A stretch of DNA of 64,000 nt from Mobula hypostoma. Taxonomy: Eukaryota. Within the stretch, counting starts at the first letter, position 1; the number at the start of each line of letters is the position of its first letter. This document shows, in pieces, positions 44,615 to 56,814 of this stretch. A model generated the notes under the pieces. That model did no database searches. It had not been told where the DNA came from and was given only the letters and a program-made list of their open reading frames with translations. A program made the position numbers and the translations under genes. The stretch is taken from NCBI RefSeq assembly GCF_963921235.1, contig NC_086097.1:116996001-117060000 (forward strand), in the 5' to 3' direction.

Positions 44615-47600
44615 TCTCTGGTCCAAATATCGTTTGGGCCGTTGGGGTCACCAATTGTAGCGGTGTGCTACACACAGCGCTAAAATAACCACTCGTAGTC
44701 GGTGAGTTAGAGTTGTGATGAAAAGAGATTTATTCAAACTTCGCGGCCTGCTTTAAAGCCTTCCTGTTCCTGCCCTCCCTGGGGTGGGACTGCTGTGGGG
44801 AATGCATATTCCCAGACCCTTTCTGCGCGCGGGACTGTTCCCCTGCTGCTGAAGATGGCCTGGTGCCCTTTTTGGGGCCAGCCCTCTGCCTGCGCGCGCT
44901 GTTGTGAGCTGATTCGTGTGTGCCAGAAAGTGGGTCGCCATAATGATGACTTTTATGGCTGTTGACAAAGCTACCTTCAGGGTTGTTGGAAGAGCCTTTG
45001 TTGCCAGTGCACGTCTGTATAAAAAACAATGAGTGACTATGACATGAGAAGTTTCCTTTTTCACTGAAGTAGCAAAACCAGATGTATTACCAAGCATTGC
45101 AGGAGCTCCACCTGTGCAAAGATATGATGATTTTCTTTCCAATCAAAGTTTTGTTTGGCAAGAAAACTTTTTACCATTTCCTAAGCATCGACAGCCTTTG
45201 TAATTTCCAAAAGGGACTGACAAAATAAGAATTCTTCTTTGATGGTGTCAGTATGTGCATAACAATCAAAAACAAGGATCTGACTACACTGAGAGATATC
45301 TGTAGTTTCATCCAGTTGCAGACTGAAATGGGAATTTCGAGGCTGTCAATTCCTCGATGGCCTTCTTCAAAATGTTAAATGAAATACCAGCTATTCTAGA
45401 AGGTATCACATTATTTGTTTCCAGTTTTTTTTCTCTGTTCCAGTCCACAAGCCAGCTCGATCATTTCCAGTGTACATGGATTTACTAAAGCCTCTCCAAT
45501 AGTGTGGGGATTCTCTTGTTTGACAATCCAGTATATGTCTTTATAGGATGCTTCAAGAAAAGGGTTTTGTGAAATGGCAAATCCAAGTGTTGGAGGTGTC
45601 CCAGCTTTTTCAAATTGTATTTCCTTCGCAAAGAAAACTGCATATTTAGATGCATTTTCAGGATAGACAGATGTGAAGTTCTCTTTCAATTTTGCTGGCT
45701 TTATAATTCTGTTCTTAAGAGTTCTTCCATCCGCAATATCCTGAAATGGGAGGGTGAGCAGTGAGAGATCGTGGTACATATTGGTATCAATGACATAGGT
45801 AGAAAAAGGTTGAGGTCCTGAAAGCAGGATATGGAGAATTAGGATGGAATCTGAGAAACAGGACCTCAAGGGTAGTAATCTCAGGATTGCTGCCTGTGTC
45901 ACGTGACAGTGAGTGTAGGAATAGAATAGAATATCAATGCATGGCTGAAGGATTGGAGCAGGGGCCAGGGATTCATGTTTCTGGATCATTGGGACCATTT
46001 CTCGGGCAGGTGTGATCTTTACGAAAAGGACGAGTTACATTTGAATTCAAGGGGGACCAACATCTTGGCGGGGAGGCTTGCTAATGCTATTGGAAGGTTT
46101 AAACTAGATTTGCAGGGGGTTGGGAACCGAAGTGAAGAGGCAGAGGATGGGGAGGTTGGAGCACAAGTAGAGACAGCTTGTAGGGAGTTTGTGAGGAAAA
46201 TAGGCAGATGACAGAGCAAAGATGCACTCAGCCTGATGGTGAGATGTATCTATTTTAATGCAAGGAGTATCATAAACAAGGCTGATGAACTTAGAGCGTG
46301 GATCAATATGTGGAACTATGTCGCTGTGGCCACTACAGAGACTTGGATGACTCAGGGACAGGAATGGCTGCTGAGTGTGCCAGGCATTAGATGTTTCAAA
46401 AAAGACAGGGAGGGAGCCAAAAGATGTGGAGACATGATATTGCTAATCAGGGATAGTGTCACAGCTGCAGAAAAGTCATGGAGGGTTTGTCTACTGAGTC
46501 AGTGTGGGTGGAAGTCAGAAACAGGAAGGGGACAATAACTCTAATGGGTGTTTTTTATAGGGGCATCGAGAAGCAGATTATGGAATGGTGTAATAATGAT
46601 AGGGTTGTTGTGATGGGTGATTTTAACTTTGCTAATATTGATCGGCATCTCCTTTGGGCAAGGGGTTTAGATGGGGTGGAGTTTGTTAGGTATGTTCAGG
46701 AAGGTTTCTTGATGCAATATGTAGACAAGCCAACTAGAGGAGAGGTACTTGATCTGGTACTGGGAAATGAACCTGGTCAGGTGTCAGACCTCTCAGTGGA
46801 AGAGCATTTTGGAGGTCGTGACCACAACTATATCTCCTTCACCATAGTGCTGGAGAGGGTTAGGAGCAGACAATTTGGGAAAACATTTAATTGGGGTAGG
46901 GGGAAATATGGTGCTATTAGGCAGGAACTTGGGAACATACATTGGGAGCAGATGTTCTCAGGGAAATGCACAGCAGAAATATGGCAAATGTTCAGGGAAA
47001 ATTTGCATGATGTTCTGCAGAGGTATGTTCCAATGAGGCAGGGAAAGGATGGTAGAGTAAAAGAACTATGGTGTACAAAGGATGTGGAAAATCTAATTAA
47101 GAAGAAAAGAAAAGCTTATAAAAGGTTCAAGAAACTAGATACTGATCGAGTTCTAGAAAATTACAAGATTGCCAGGAAGGAGCTGAAGAATGAAATTAGG
47201 AGAGCTAGAAGGGGCAATGAGAAGGCCTTGGTGAGTAGTATTAAGGAAAACCCCAAGGCATTCCACAAGTATGTGAAGAGCAAGAGGATGAGCCGTATGA
47301 GAATAGGACCCATCAGGAGTGAGAGTAGAAAAGCATTAAATTAAATAAGTCACCAGGACCCGATGAGCTATACCCCAGGCTACTGTGGGAAGCAAGGAAG
47401 GAGATTGCTGAACCTCTGGCGATTATCTTTGCATCATCAATAGGGATGGGAGAAGTACCAGAGCATTGGAAGGTTGTAAATATTGTTCCTTTGTTCAAGA
47501 AAGGGAGTAGAGATAGCACAGGAAATTATAGACCAGTGAGTCTGACTTCAGTGGTGGGCAAATTGTTTGAGAAGATTCCGAGAGGCAGAATTTATAAGCA

Positions 47601-49465
47601 TTTGGTGAGACATAATCCGATTAAGAATAGTCAGCATGGCTTTGTCAAGGGCAGGTCGTGCCTTACGAGTCTGATTGAATTATTTGAGGATGTAACAAAA
47701 CACATTGATGAAGATAAAGCAGTGGATGTAGTGCATATGGATTTTGGTAAGGCATTTGATAAGGTTTCCCATGCAAGGCTCATTCAGAAAGTAAAGATGC
47801 ATGGGATCCAAAGGGACCTTGCTTTGTGGATCCAGAATTTATTTTCCTACAGAAGGTAAAGGGTGGTTGTAGATGGTTCGTATTCTGCATGGAGGACGGT
47901 GACCAGTGGTGTTCAGCAGGGATCTATTCTGGGACCCCTCCTCTTTGTGAATTTTATAAATGACCTGGATGAAGAAGTAGAAGGGTAGGTTAATAAGTTT
48001 TCTGATGACACAACGGTTGAGGAGGTTGTGGACAGTCTGGAGGGTTGTCAAAGGTTACAGCGGGACATTGATAGGATGCAGAACTGGGCTGAGAAGTGGC
48101 AGATGGAGTTCAAACCAGATAAGTGTGAGGTGGTTAATTTTGGTAGGTCAAATTTGAAGACAGAATAGAATATTAATGGTAAGACTCTGGCAGTGTGGAG
48201 GATCAGAGAGATCTTGGGGTCTGAGTCCATAGGACACTCAAAGCTGCTGCGCAGGCTGACAATTCTGTTAAGAAGGCATATGGTGTGTTGGCATTCGTCA
48301 ACCATGGGATTGAGTCCAAGAGCCGTGAGGTAATGTTACAGCTATATAAGACCTTGGTCGGACCCCACTTGGAGTACTGTGTTCATTTCTGTTTACCTCA
48401 CCACAAGAAGGATGTGGGAACTATAGAAAGGGTGCAGAGAAGATTTACAAGGATGTTGTCCGGATTGGAGAGCATGCCTTATGAAAATAGGTTGAGTGAA
48501 CTCGGCCTTTTCTCCTTGGAGTGACGGAGGATGGGAAGTGACCTTGCAGAGATGATGAGAGGCATTGATCGTGTGGATAGTCAGAGGCTTTTTCCCAGGG
48601 CTGAAATGGCCAACATGAGGGGGTACCGTTTTAAGGTGCTTTGAAGTAGGTATAGAGGGGATGTCAGGGGTAAGTTTTTTGCACAGAGAGTGGTGGGTGC
48701 GTGGAATGGGCTGCCAGCAGCAGTAGTGGAAGTGGATACAATAGGGTATTTTAAGAAATTTAATAGGTACATGGAACTTAGAAAAATAGAGGGCTATGCG
48801 TTAGGGTAATTCTAGGCAGTTTCTAGAAGAGGTTACATTGTCGGCAAAACGTTGTGGGTTGCAGGTCCAGCAATGTGCTGTAAGTTTCTATGTTCTATGT
48901 TCTTTGTACACAAAACACTGAGGCTTTTATGTCTCATCACTTCCATTTATGCAAGCAAAATCATATACATAGGTTTCATCATACTTCATTTTCTTCAACA
49001 TTTCAACGTGAATTGAGTCTGCAAAAATATAAAATACATAAAGATAAAATGAAGTACTGATTCAACTGACGTATTTTGAAACTCAATATTTTTGCATATT
49101 TTTAAGTAATTTGTTTGATTAAACTGCAAAGAATTAAGTAATCTGTATGTTAATTAAGTGAAGTGTACCATATTCAAGAAAGAAGTCTGCCATATAAGTA
49201 AAATGAGGCAGGTTTTACAAAATTTATTCAAAGTTTTAACACTTCTGACAGCTTTTGGATATCTGGATGGACACAAGGATTATAACAGTAGCTCAGGCGT
49301 TGTGTTCTTTCTGAAATTCTGCTATTGTGGCACATGGAATTGCATGGGATTATAAAAGGCCGCGTGGCTTCATGGAGAGTTAAGAATTATCAGTTGAATT
49401 GTACTGTTTCTGCAAAACCGTAACAAACAATAAAAACAACTCATCTCCTTCTATTTGTTGATCAG

Positions 49466-49633
49466 CGAGCAATTGTAGACAGGGAATAATGGAGAACAAC
49501 ATCGATGTCTGGATCACAGATGTGAGAACACGTGACTTCACAGACTACTGGGTGCAGGGCTGCCCGATAGTTGGCCAGCTACGTCGCATGAGCATCTGCA
49601 GACAGGAAGTCTGCGATCACGTTCGATCTACTG
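49466..49633 (+). other. Candidate host exon (168 nt, open in a phase 1-1 frame)
   Basis: Acceptor CTCCTTCTATTTGTTGATCAG and donor CTG|GTGAGT. Open frame SNCRQGIMENNIDVWITDVRTRDFTDYWVQGCPIVGQLRRMSICRQEVCDHVRST. Product not recognised. Confidence 0.3.
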
Positions 49634-51080
49634 GTGAGTCTAATAACCATTGTAACTTTGAAGTAGAGATGGACAATATTTTGAGATATTTATAACAATC
49701 AATGTGATACGAAAATATTTGAAATCTGTATTGGTGACAAAGTCACAGGTACTACTCATACTACTGTGGATTGTTGCTGACATCTTGTGAGATCCTGCAC
49801 AGTGAGTATAGGGAGTTGGGAAAGTGACTGAAGAGCAAGACCTCCAAAATAGTAATCTCTGGATTACTCCCAGTACCATGTCCTAGTTAGGGCAGGAATA
49901 GGATGATACTACAGATGAATAAGTGGGTGAGGGTTTGGTGCAGGGGGTAAGATTTCTGATTTCTGGATCACTAGGATCTCTCTTGGGGAAGGTATGACCT
50001 GTATAAAAAGAACGAATACCATGTGAATCCAAGGAGGGGCAATAGCCTTACATGTAGGTTTGCCAGAGCTGTTGGGAGGGTTCAAACTTATTTGGCAGGG
50101 AGATAGCAACCAGAGTGATAGGGCTGAGGAAAGAGCAGCTGGTATACAGTGCGCAGAGATACTGTGAGGAAGTACAGGTAGATGATAGGGAAAAATTGCG
50201 AAGGGTGATGAATACAGGACTGATGGTATTATATTTGAATCCACATGATATACAGAATACAGTAGATGATCTTGCAGCGCAGTTAGAGATTGGCAGGTAT
50301 GACGATGTGGGCATCATAGTTGAAAGAAGATCATATTTGTGAACTTAATATCCAACGATACACTGTGCATCAAATGGAGAGGCAGGTAGGCAGAGAGGAT
50401 GGGGAGACTCTGCTGGTAAAAAATGAAATCAAATCCTTAGAAAGAGGTGACATGGGAGCCCAAGATGTGGAATCCCTGTGGGTAGAGGAAAGAAACTGCA
50501 AAGATAAAAAGACACTAATAGGAGATTGAAAAGGCATGTAATAAGGGCAATGTTACGATAGTCATGGTGAATTTCAATATGCAGGAAGATTGGGAAAATC
50601 AGGTTGATACTGATTTTGGATCCCAAGAGAAGGAATTTGTAGAATGCCTATGAGATGGCTTTTTAGAGTAGCTTGTAATTGAGCCCACTAGGGGAAAGGC
50701 AATTCTGGATTAGGTGTTGTGTAATAAACCAAATTTGATTAGGGAGCTTAAGGTAAAGGATCCTTTAAGAGACAGTGATCATGATATGATAGAATTCACC
50801 CAGCAATTTGAGAAGCAGAAGCTAAAATTGGATGTATCAGTATTACAGTGGAGTAAGGGGAATTACAGAAGCAAGAGAGAGGAGTTGACCAAAGTTGATT
50901 GCAAAGGGACACAAGCAGGGATGATAGCAGAACAGCAATGGCTGGAGATTTTGGGGGCAATTTGGAAGGTGAAAGGTAGATATATCTCAAAGATGAAGAT
51001 GCATTCTAAAGGGAGAATGACACAACCATGACAGACAAGGGAAGTCAATATTAGCATAAAAGTAAAATTCAGGACATATA

Positions 51081-52668
51081 CAGCGTCTTGTGCAGGTATT
51101 CAGCCCTCAACTCTGTGTTCACATAAATAAGCATTATAAAGAGAGAACGATTAAGTTAACTGAGAATTTTTATTTATGAATCCTGTACAACATATTTTTC
51201 CACAGTGCAACCCAAACAAACAGGGAAAATCATAAAGCATGGAAAACTAAAAATTCACGAACTGAAATGTCAACTGTTCAAATTATTCACCTCGCTTTGC
51301 TCAGTACTTTGATGAACACCTCTCATGGTTATTACAACCAGTATTCTTTTTGGATAAGTCTCTATGAGCTTTGCACAATATGGTGGAGCAAAATTTGGCC
51401 ATACCTCCTTGCAGAATTGCTGAAGCTATGGCAGGTTCGATGGGGAACAGCAGTGAACAGAAGTCTTGAGGTCTTGCAGAGATGTTCAGTTGGGTTAAGG
51501 ACAGGTCTCTGACTGGCCCACACAAGGACATCAATTTTCTTTATTTGAAGCCACACCATGGTTGCTCTGGCAGTGTTCTTTGGGTCATTGTCCTGGTGAA
51601 AGATGAACTCCCTCCCCAGTTAAAACTTTCTGGCAGAGGCTGGTAGGTTTTTAACCGGGATCTCTCTGTAATTAGTAGCATTCATCTTCCCATCAGTCTT
51701 GACCAGATTTCCTGTCCCTGCTGCTGAAAAGCATCCCCAACGCATGATACTACCTCCTCCATCCTTTACAATGGGATGGTGCTACCAGGCTAATGCACAG
51801 TATTAGATTTACTCCACATGTGCTGCCCAATGTTGCAGCCAAAAAGTTCTGCTTTACTCTCATCCGACCACAAGATCTTCTTCCACATCTCTAAAGTATC
51901 TTCTAAGTGACACTTTACAAAGTCTTTATGGGCAAAGATATGTTTATTTTTTAGCCAGGTCTTCTTCCTTGTCACTCATCTATAAATACCGTTTTTGTGC
52001 AAGGCCTTAGAGATTGTGAAGCCATGAACTTCATCTCCAGTTACAGCTGCTGACTTCTGTAGTTCACTTAGAGTGACTCTTTGCGTTACAGTAACCTCTC
52101 TTACATGTGCAGTGACTAAGTCTATAGGGATGGCCTGACCTGGGCAACATGGCTGTGGTTTCATAATTTTTCCACTCTTTCACGATGGGCTGCACAGAGG
52201 TCCTAAATATGTTCAGTGCCTTTGAGATGGTCTTGTACCCTTCCTAAATTTGTGCTTCTCTATTATCATTTCTCTGACATGTTTAGTACCTTTATTTTAT
52301 CGTCAGTTTGGTTTGGTCCATTGAAAATTTTCCACACTGTAGGATCTAACAGAGAGGAGGTATTTATTTAGGTGATCCTCCAATTTTCCACACCATCAGG
52401 TTGGGTGAATTGGTAAAGTAATATAGAGTACTGCAGCGGAGGAAAGTTGATGCTGTAATTACAAGGGGATGAATACTTCCTCACAATTTTGGTTTCTAAT
52501 TTTTAGTAAATTATTCACAGGTTTTGGAATTTCTCTTTGACTTGACATGTTGCAGAATAATTTGTAGATTAGCTCAAAGATGCCTATTTCAATATATTTT
52601 CAATTTAGAAAATGTGATGGTAAAAAGTGAAAATAATTGTGGGGGCTGAATACTTTTTCAAGGCACAG
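51081..52668 (-). mobile_element. Tc1 transposon (about 1.6 kb) with degenerate transposase
   Basis: Ends CAGCGTCTTGTGCAGGTATTCAGCCC and GGGCTGAATACTTTTTCAAGGCACAG; flanks TA and CA. Transposase motifs VTLSELQ...TISKALH, RKKTWL, KILWSDESK, LNPTEHL. Confidence 0.85.
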
Positions 52669-52730
52669 CAATGTAGGAAAAATTAGTGGGAAGTTAGGAA
52701 ACTTTTAAGAAGCAACAGAACGCAACTAAA

Positions 52731-53412
52731 TGTAGCCCCCTGGTAAGCCTCAGGCTCGCTCAGCTAGCTTTCATCTAGGGGGAGCAGCCTTCAGCCCCGC
52801 CAAACTGGGTAATCAAGTTTGAGTGATGTACCACACCCTGCCAAATAACAGACAATACACTATATGGGATTAAATGATTACTCTTTATAGATCTCACTGG
52901 AACTATGTAATTAATAGAGATAAAATATAAAAGGAAAGTAAAAGGTGCCAAACTTTTCAAAGTCAACCACTTCGTGCACAACAATTAGAGCTCTATTAAC
53001 AGAATATTCTTTCCACCATTCGATCCCTTCTGACCTCCTCGACCCGCCGCCTGGGCCCAACCACAGTGGTCTACCAGTTGCTCCACATGAGACTGTCTTC
53101 GTCTCCTCTCCTCGTCGAAGACCCTGGGCCTTGGACTCCCACTTGGAGTCCGACCCACCACCCAGCTTACAGCATTGCGTCTCCTCTCTCTGTTCCCAAC
53201 GTTGTTTGCCCCAAAGCCCGCAAAACAATAGCTTACAGACACACAAGAAAGAATAACATCTATCCCAATTGGTTAGCAAATGAATACAATCCTCATTATC
53301 AGTAATATAACCCAAACAAGCTGCTAGAGAGACAACTTTCTCAGCAGTTAACATAACAAAGAAGCCATTTTATTCTATCATAGCAGTAACATAAAAGAAG
53401 AAACCCCTTACA
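52731..53412 (-). mobile_element. Solo LTR (682 bp)
   Basis: TGTAG...TTACA termini with 4-bp TSD TAAA (52727-52730 and 53413-53416). Orientation is inferred. Confidence 0.8.
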
Positions 53413-53815
53413 TAAAAAAACCTTAAGGAAAGAAAAGGTGAACAAAGAAGGTAAGCTAGTCAGCAAAATAAAAGATGATACCAAAAGTTTTTTCAGATAT
53501 ATAAAGAGTAAAAGAGAGACAAGAGCAGATATTACACCACTGGAGAATGATGCTGGAGAGGTAGTAATGGGGGACTAGGATGGACTGAATAAGTATTTGC
53601 ATCAGTCTTCAATGTGGAAGACACTAGCAGTATGGTAGAAGTTCAACAGTGTCAGCGGGTAGAAGTGAATGCTGTTGCTATTACTAAGGAGAAGGTGCTT
53701 GGGAAGCTGAAAAGTCTAAAGGTAGATAAGTCACCTAGAATAGATTAACTAGACCCCAGGGTTTTGAAAAAGGTGGCTTAAGAGACTGCGGAAGTATTAG
53801 CAATAATCTTCCAAG

Positions 53816-54023
53816 TGTAGCCCCCCCGGCCACCCTCAGGGTCACTCGGCTCGCTGTCGTCTAGGGAGACAGCCTCGGCCCTGCCAAACTGGGTAATTAG
53901 TTTGTGTGGATGCTGTGTGATGTACCCCATGCTGCCCAAATAACAGACAATACACCAGATACAATTAAATACGCCATTTTAATTAGCCTCCGCATGTAAC
54001 ATAAAAGTCGAAACCCCCTTACA
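53816..54023 (-). mobile_element. Internally deleted solo LTR (208 bp) related to 52731-53412
   Basis: TGTAGCCCC...AAACCCCCTTACA with 4-bp TSD CAAG (53812-53815 and 54024-54027). Shares GCCAAACTGGGTAAT and CCAAATAACAGACAATACAC with the 682-bp LTR. Confidence 0.8.
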
Positions 54024-56814
54024 CAAGAATCACAAGATTCTGGACTGGTTCCAGAGGTCCGAACAATTAGAAATGTCACTCCACTCTTTAAGAAGAGAGG
54101 GAGAAGTCAGGAGAAAGGAAATTATAGGCCAGTTAGTCTGGCTTCAGTGGTTGGGAAGATGTTGGAGTCCATTTTTAAGAACAAAGATTCCGGGCCACTT
54201 GGAGACTCATGATTAAATAGGTCAAAGTCAGTATAGTTTCTTTAAGGGGAAATCTTGCCTGACAATCTGACGGAATTATTAGAGGAAATCACAGGTAAGA
54301 TAGACAAAAGAGAGTCAGTGGATGTTTTTACTTGTATTTTCAGAAGGCCTTTGACAATGTGCCACACATGAGGCTGCCAAATAAAATAAGAGCCCATGGT
54401 ATTACAGGAGAGATACTAGCATGGATAGAAGATTGGCTGACTGGCAGGAAGCAAAGAGTGGGAATGAAGGGAACCTTTTCTGGTTGGCTGTCATTGAATG
54501 GTGGTGCTTTGCAGTATTTAGTATTGGGACCACTTCTCTCCCTGTTACATGCCAATGATTTGGACGTTGGAATTGATAAGCTCTATAGTCAAGTTTGCAC
54601 ACAATATGAAGATAGGAGGGGGGCACTAATTTTGAGGAAGCAGGGAGATTGGGAGAATGGACAGATGGAATATAGTGTAGGGAAGTATATGGTTATGCAC
54701 ATTGGAAAAAAGAATTAAGCCATAGACTATTTTCTAAAAGGGGAGAAAATACAAAAATCAGAGGTGCAAGGGGACTTGGGATTCCTTGTGTAGGATTTCC
54801 TAAAAGTTAACCTGCAGGTTGATTTGGTAGTAATGAAGGCAAATGTAATGTTAGTATTTACTTCCAGAGGATTAAACTACAAGAGCAAGGAAGCAATGCT
54901 GAGGCTTTATAAGGCATTGGTTAGACCACAATTGGAATACTGTGAATAGTTTGGGGCTCCATATCTAAGAAAAGATGTGCTGGCATTGGAGAGGGTCCAA
55001 AGGAGGTTGATGAGAACGATTCCAGGAATGAAAGGGTTAATGTATGAGAAGCCTTTGAGGGCTCTGGGCCTGTACTCATTGAAGTTTAGAAGACTGAGGG
55101 GGAATCTCATTGAAAACTATCAACTGCTGAAAGGCATACATAGAATGGATGTGGAGAGGATATATCTTATACTGGCTGAGTCTAGGACCAGAGGGCACAG
55201 TCTCAGAAGAGAGAGGCGTCCATTTAGAACAGAGATGAGAAGGAATTTCTGTAGCCAGAAGGTAGTGAATCTGTTGAATTCATTGTCATGGACAGCTGAG
55301 GAAGCCAAGTCATTGTGTGTATTTAAAGCAGGGGCTGATAGGTTGTTGATTACTCAAGACCTCAAACGTTATGGGGAGAAGGCAGGAGAGTGGGGCTGAG
55401 AGAGAAAGGGGTTAGCCATGATGAGACTGTGGAGCAAACTCAATGTGCTGAAAGGCCTAATTCTACTCCTATCTCTTATAGGCTTATGGTCTTATGATGG
55501 TCCTTAGAACTGTATGTTATGAGGAATAAAATTAATTTAAGAGGTTCCACATGAATGAGAATAATGATGATCCTGAAGTTCTGCAATTGCAGAACTGGGT
55601 TCTCATTCTGTTTTGCCCTACTGCCTGTAAAATTATGGAATCACACAGAGTATTACAGGGCTATCTTGCCAATGGTGCCCAAACCAGCTGATTGTGAGAT
55701 ACACTGCATATCTGAGTAATTTTGCAAACTCTCCCCTACACTGAGCACAGTGTAATCAGTACTAACTTGGAAAAATCAGATGCACATTGGTAGTTGTTTT
55801 GCATTCGACCTCCTTGGAGTTCCAGTTGTCTGTCTGTTTAATTTTCCCTCCCTCGCTGTGATTTGTCAGCATTTGGACTCCTAAACTATTCCAATGATAC
55901 CTAATGTAAGCTTGAGGGATCACACCGTATCTTCCATCGAGGCGATCTGCAGCACACGGGAATCAATACTGAATTCAACAATTTTAGGTAACCAGTTTCC
56001 TTCTTCTCTCAGAGATACTGCCAGTTACTTCAGTTCCATAGATCTTTCATTTCCTTTCTCTCCTGTTACCAGCATCCTGAATTTCATCATTGAAACTTCT
56101 CATTGTTGTTCTACACTCAGTGGCCACTTTCTTAGGGTCACCTGTACACCTGCTCATTAACACAAATCTCTAAACAGCCAACCATATAACAACAACTCAA
56201 TGCACAAAAGCATGCAGGCATGCTCAAGTGGCTTAGTTGTTCAGACCAAACAACAGAATGGGCAAGAAATCTAAGTGATTTTGACCATGGAATGATTGTT
56301 GGTGCCAGACAAGGTGGTTTGAGTATCTCAGAAGTTGCTGATATTCTGGGAGTTTTACGCAAATCATTCTCTAGGATTTACAGAAAATGTTGCGAGAAAC
56401 AAAAAATACTTTCAGTGAGTGGCAGGTGTGTGGGCGATAACACCTCGTTGATGAGTGAGGTCCGAAGAGAATGGCGAGACTGGTTCAAGCTGACAGGAAG
56501 ATAACAGCAACTCACAGGGATGATGGCAGAGCAGCAATGGCTGGAATTTCTGGAAGCAATTTGGAAGGCACAGGATATATACATTGAAAGAAAAAGAGTA
56601 TTCTAAAGTAAAGATGACACAACTGTAGCTAATAACAGAAGTCAAAGCCAAAGAGAGAGCACATAATAGAGCAAATATTAGTGGGAAGTTAGAGGATGGG
56701 AAGTTTTCAAATACCAACAGAAGACAACTACAAAGTCATTAAGAAGGCAAAACTGACTACAAAAGCAAAACTAGCCAATAATATGGAAGAGGATATCAAA
56801 AGATTCTTCAGATC

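Larger units (their letters stand above)
40622..44942 (-). mobile_element. CsRn1-type Gypsy LTR retrotransposon, full length and mutated
   Basis: 287-bp LTRs at 40622-40908 and 44656-44942. 4-bp TSD ATGA at 40618-40621 and 44943-44946. PBS TGGTGACCCCAAC (tRNA-Trp type); PPT GGGGAGGGA; CHCC gag knuckle CFYHQRWGTEARRCRPPC. Confidence 0.95.
39719..45717 (-). mobile_element. hAT (Buster/Charlie-type) DNA transposon, degenerate, one end lost, split by a Gypsy element
   Basis: Terminus CAGGGGTTTTAAAC at 39719. Transposase remnants KPAKLKE...HTIGEALVNPC, LQLDETTD, GAPAMLG...THCFLYRRALA, FATTYRCESGFS. No TIR at the right end. Confidence 0.85.
39430..48902 (+). mobile_element. Near full-length degenerate CR1 LINE (esterase ORF1 and EN-RT ORF2), split by a hAT element
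   Basis: ORF1 SGNH-like AIVIEDSIVRG...VCCLSGA at 39620-39718 resumes at about 45730 (VVHIGIND...DELHLNSRG). ORF2 has CIYFNARSI, VMGDFN, LDLVL, NYRPVSLTS, SQHGF. Tail TTTCTATGTTCTATGTTCT. Confidence 0.9.
49790..55495 (+). mobile_element. Degenerate CR1 LINE split by a Tc1 element and two solo LTRs
   Basis: ORF1 remnant at 49790-50100, endonuclease at 50220-51075, RT (NYRPVSL, FQKAFDNVPH) at 53413-55400, then 3' UTR and (TTATGG)-like tail. Confidence 0.85.

Noticed and set aside
45411..45998. 195-aa ORF as an intact ZBED8/Buster-like host gene
   Set aside because: It is a chimera of antisense CR1 ORF1 and a hAT fragment. The rest of the transposase is frameshifted, deleted and interrupted.
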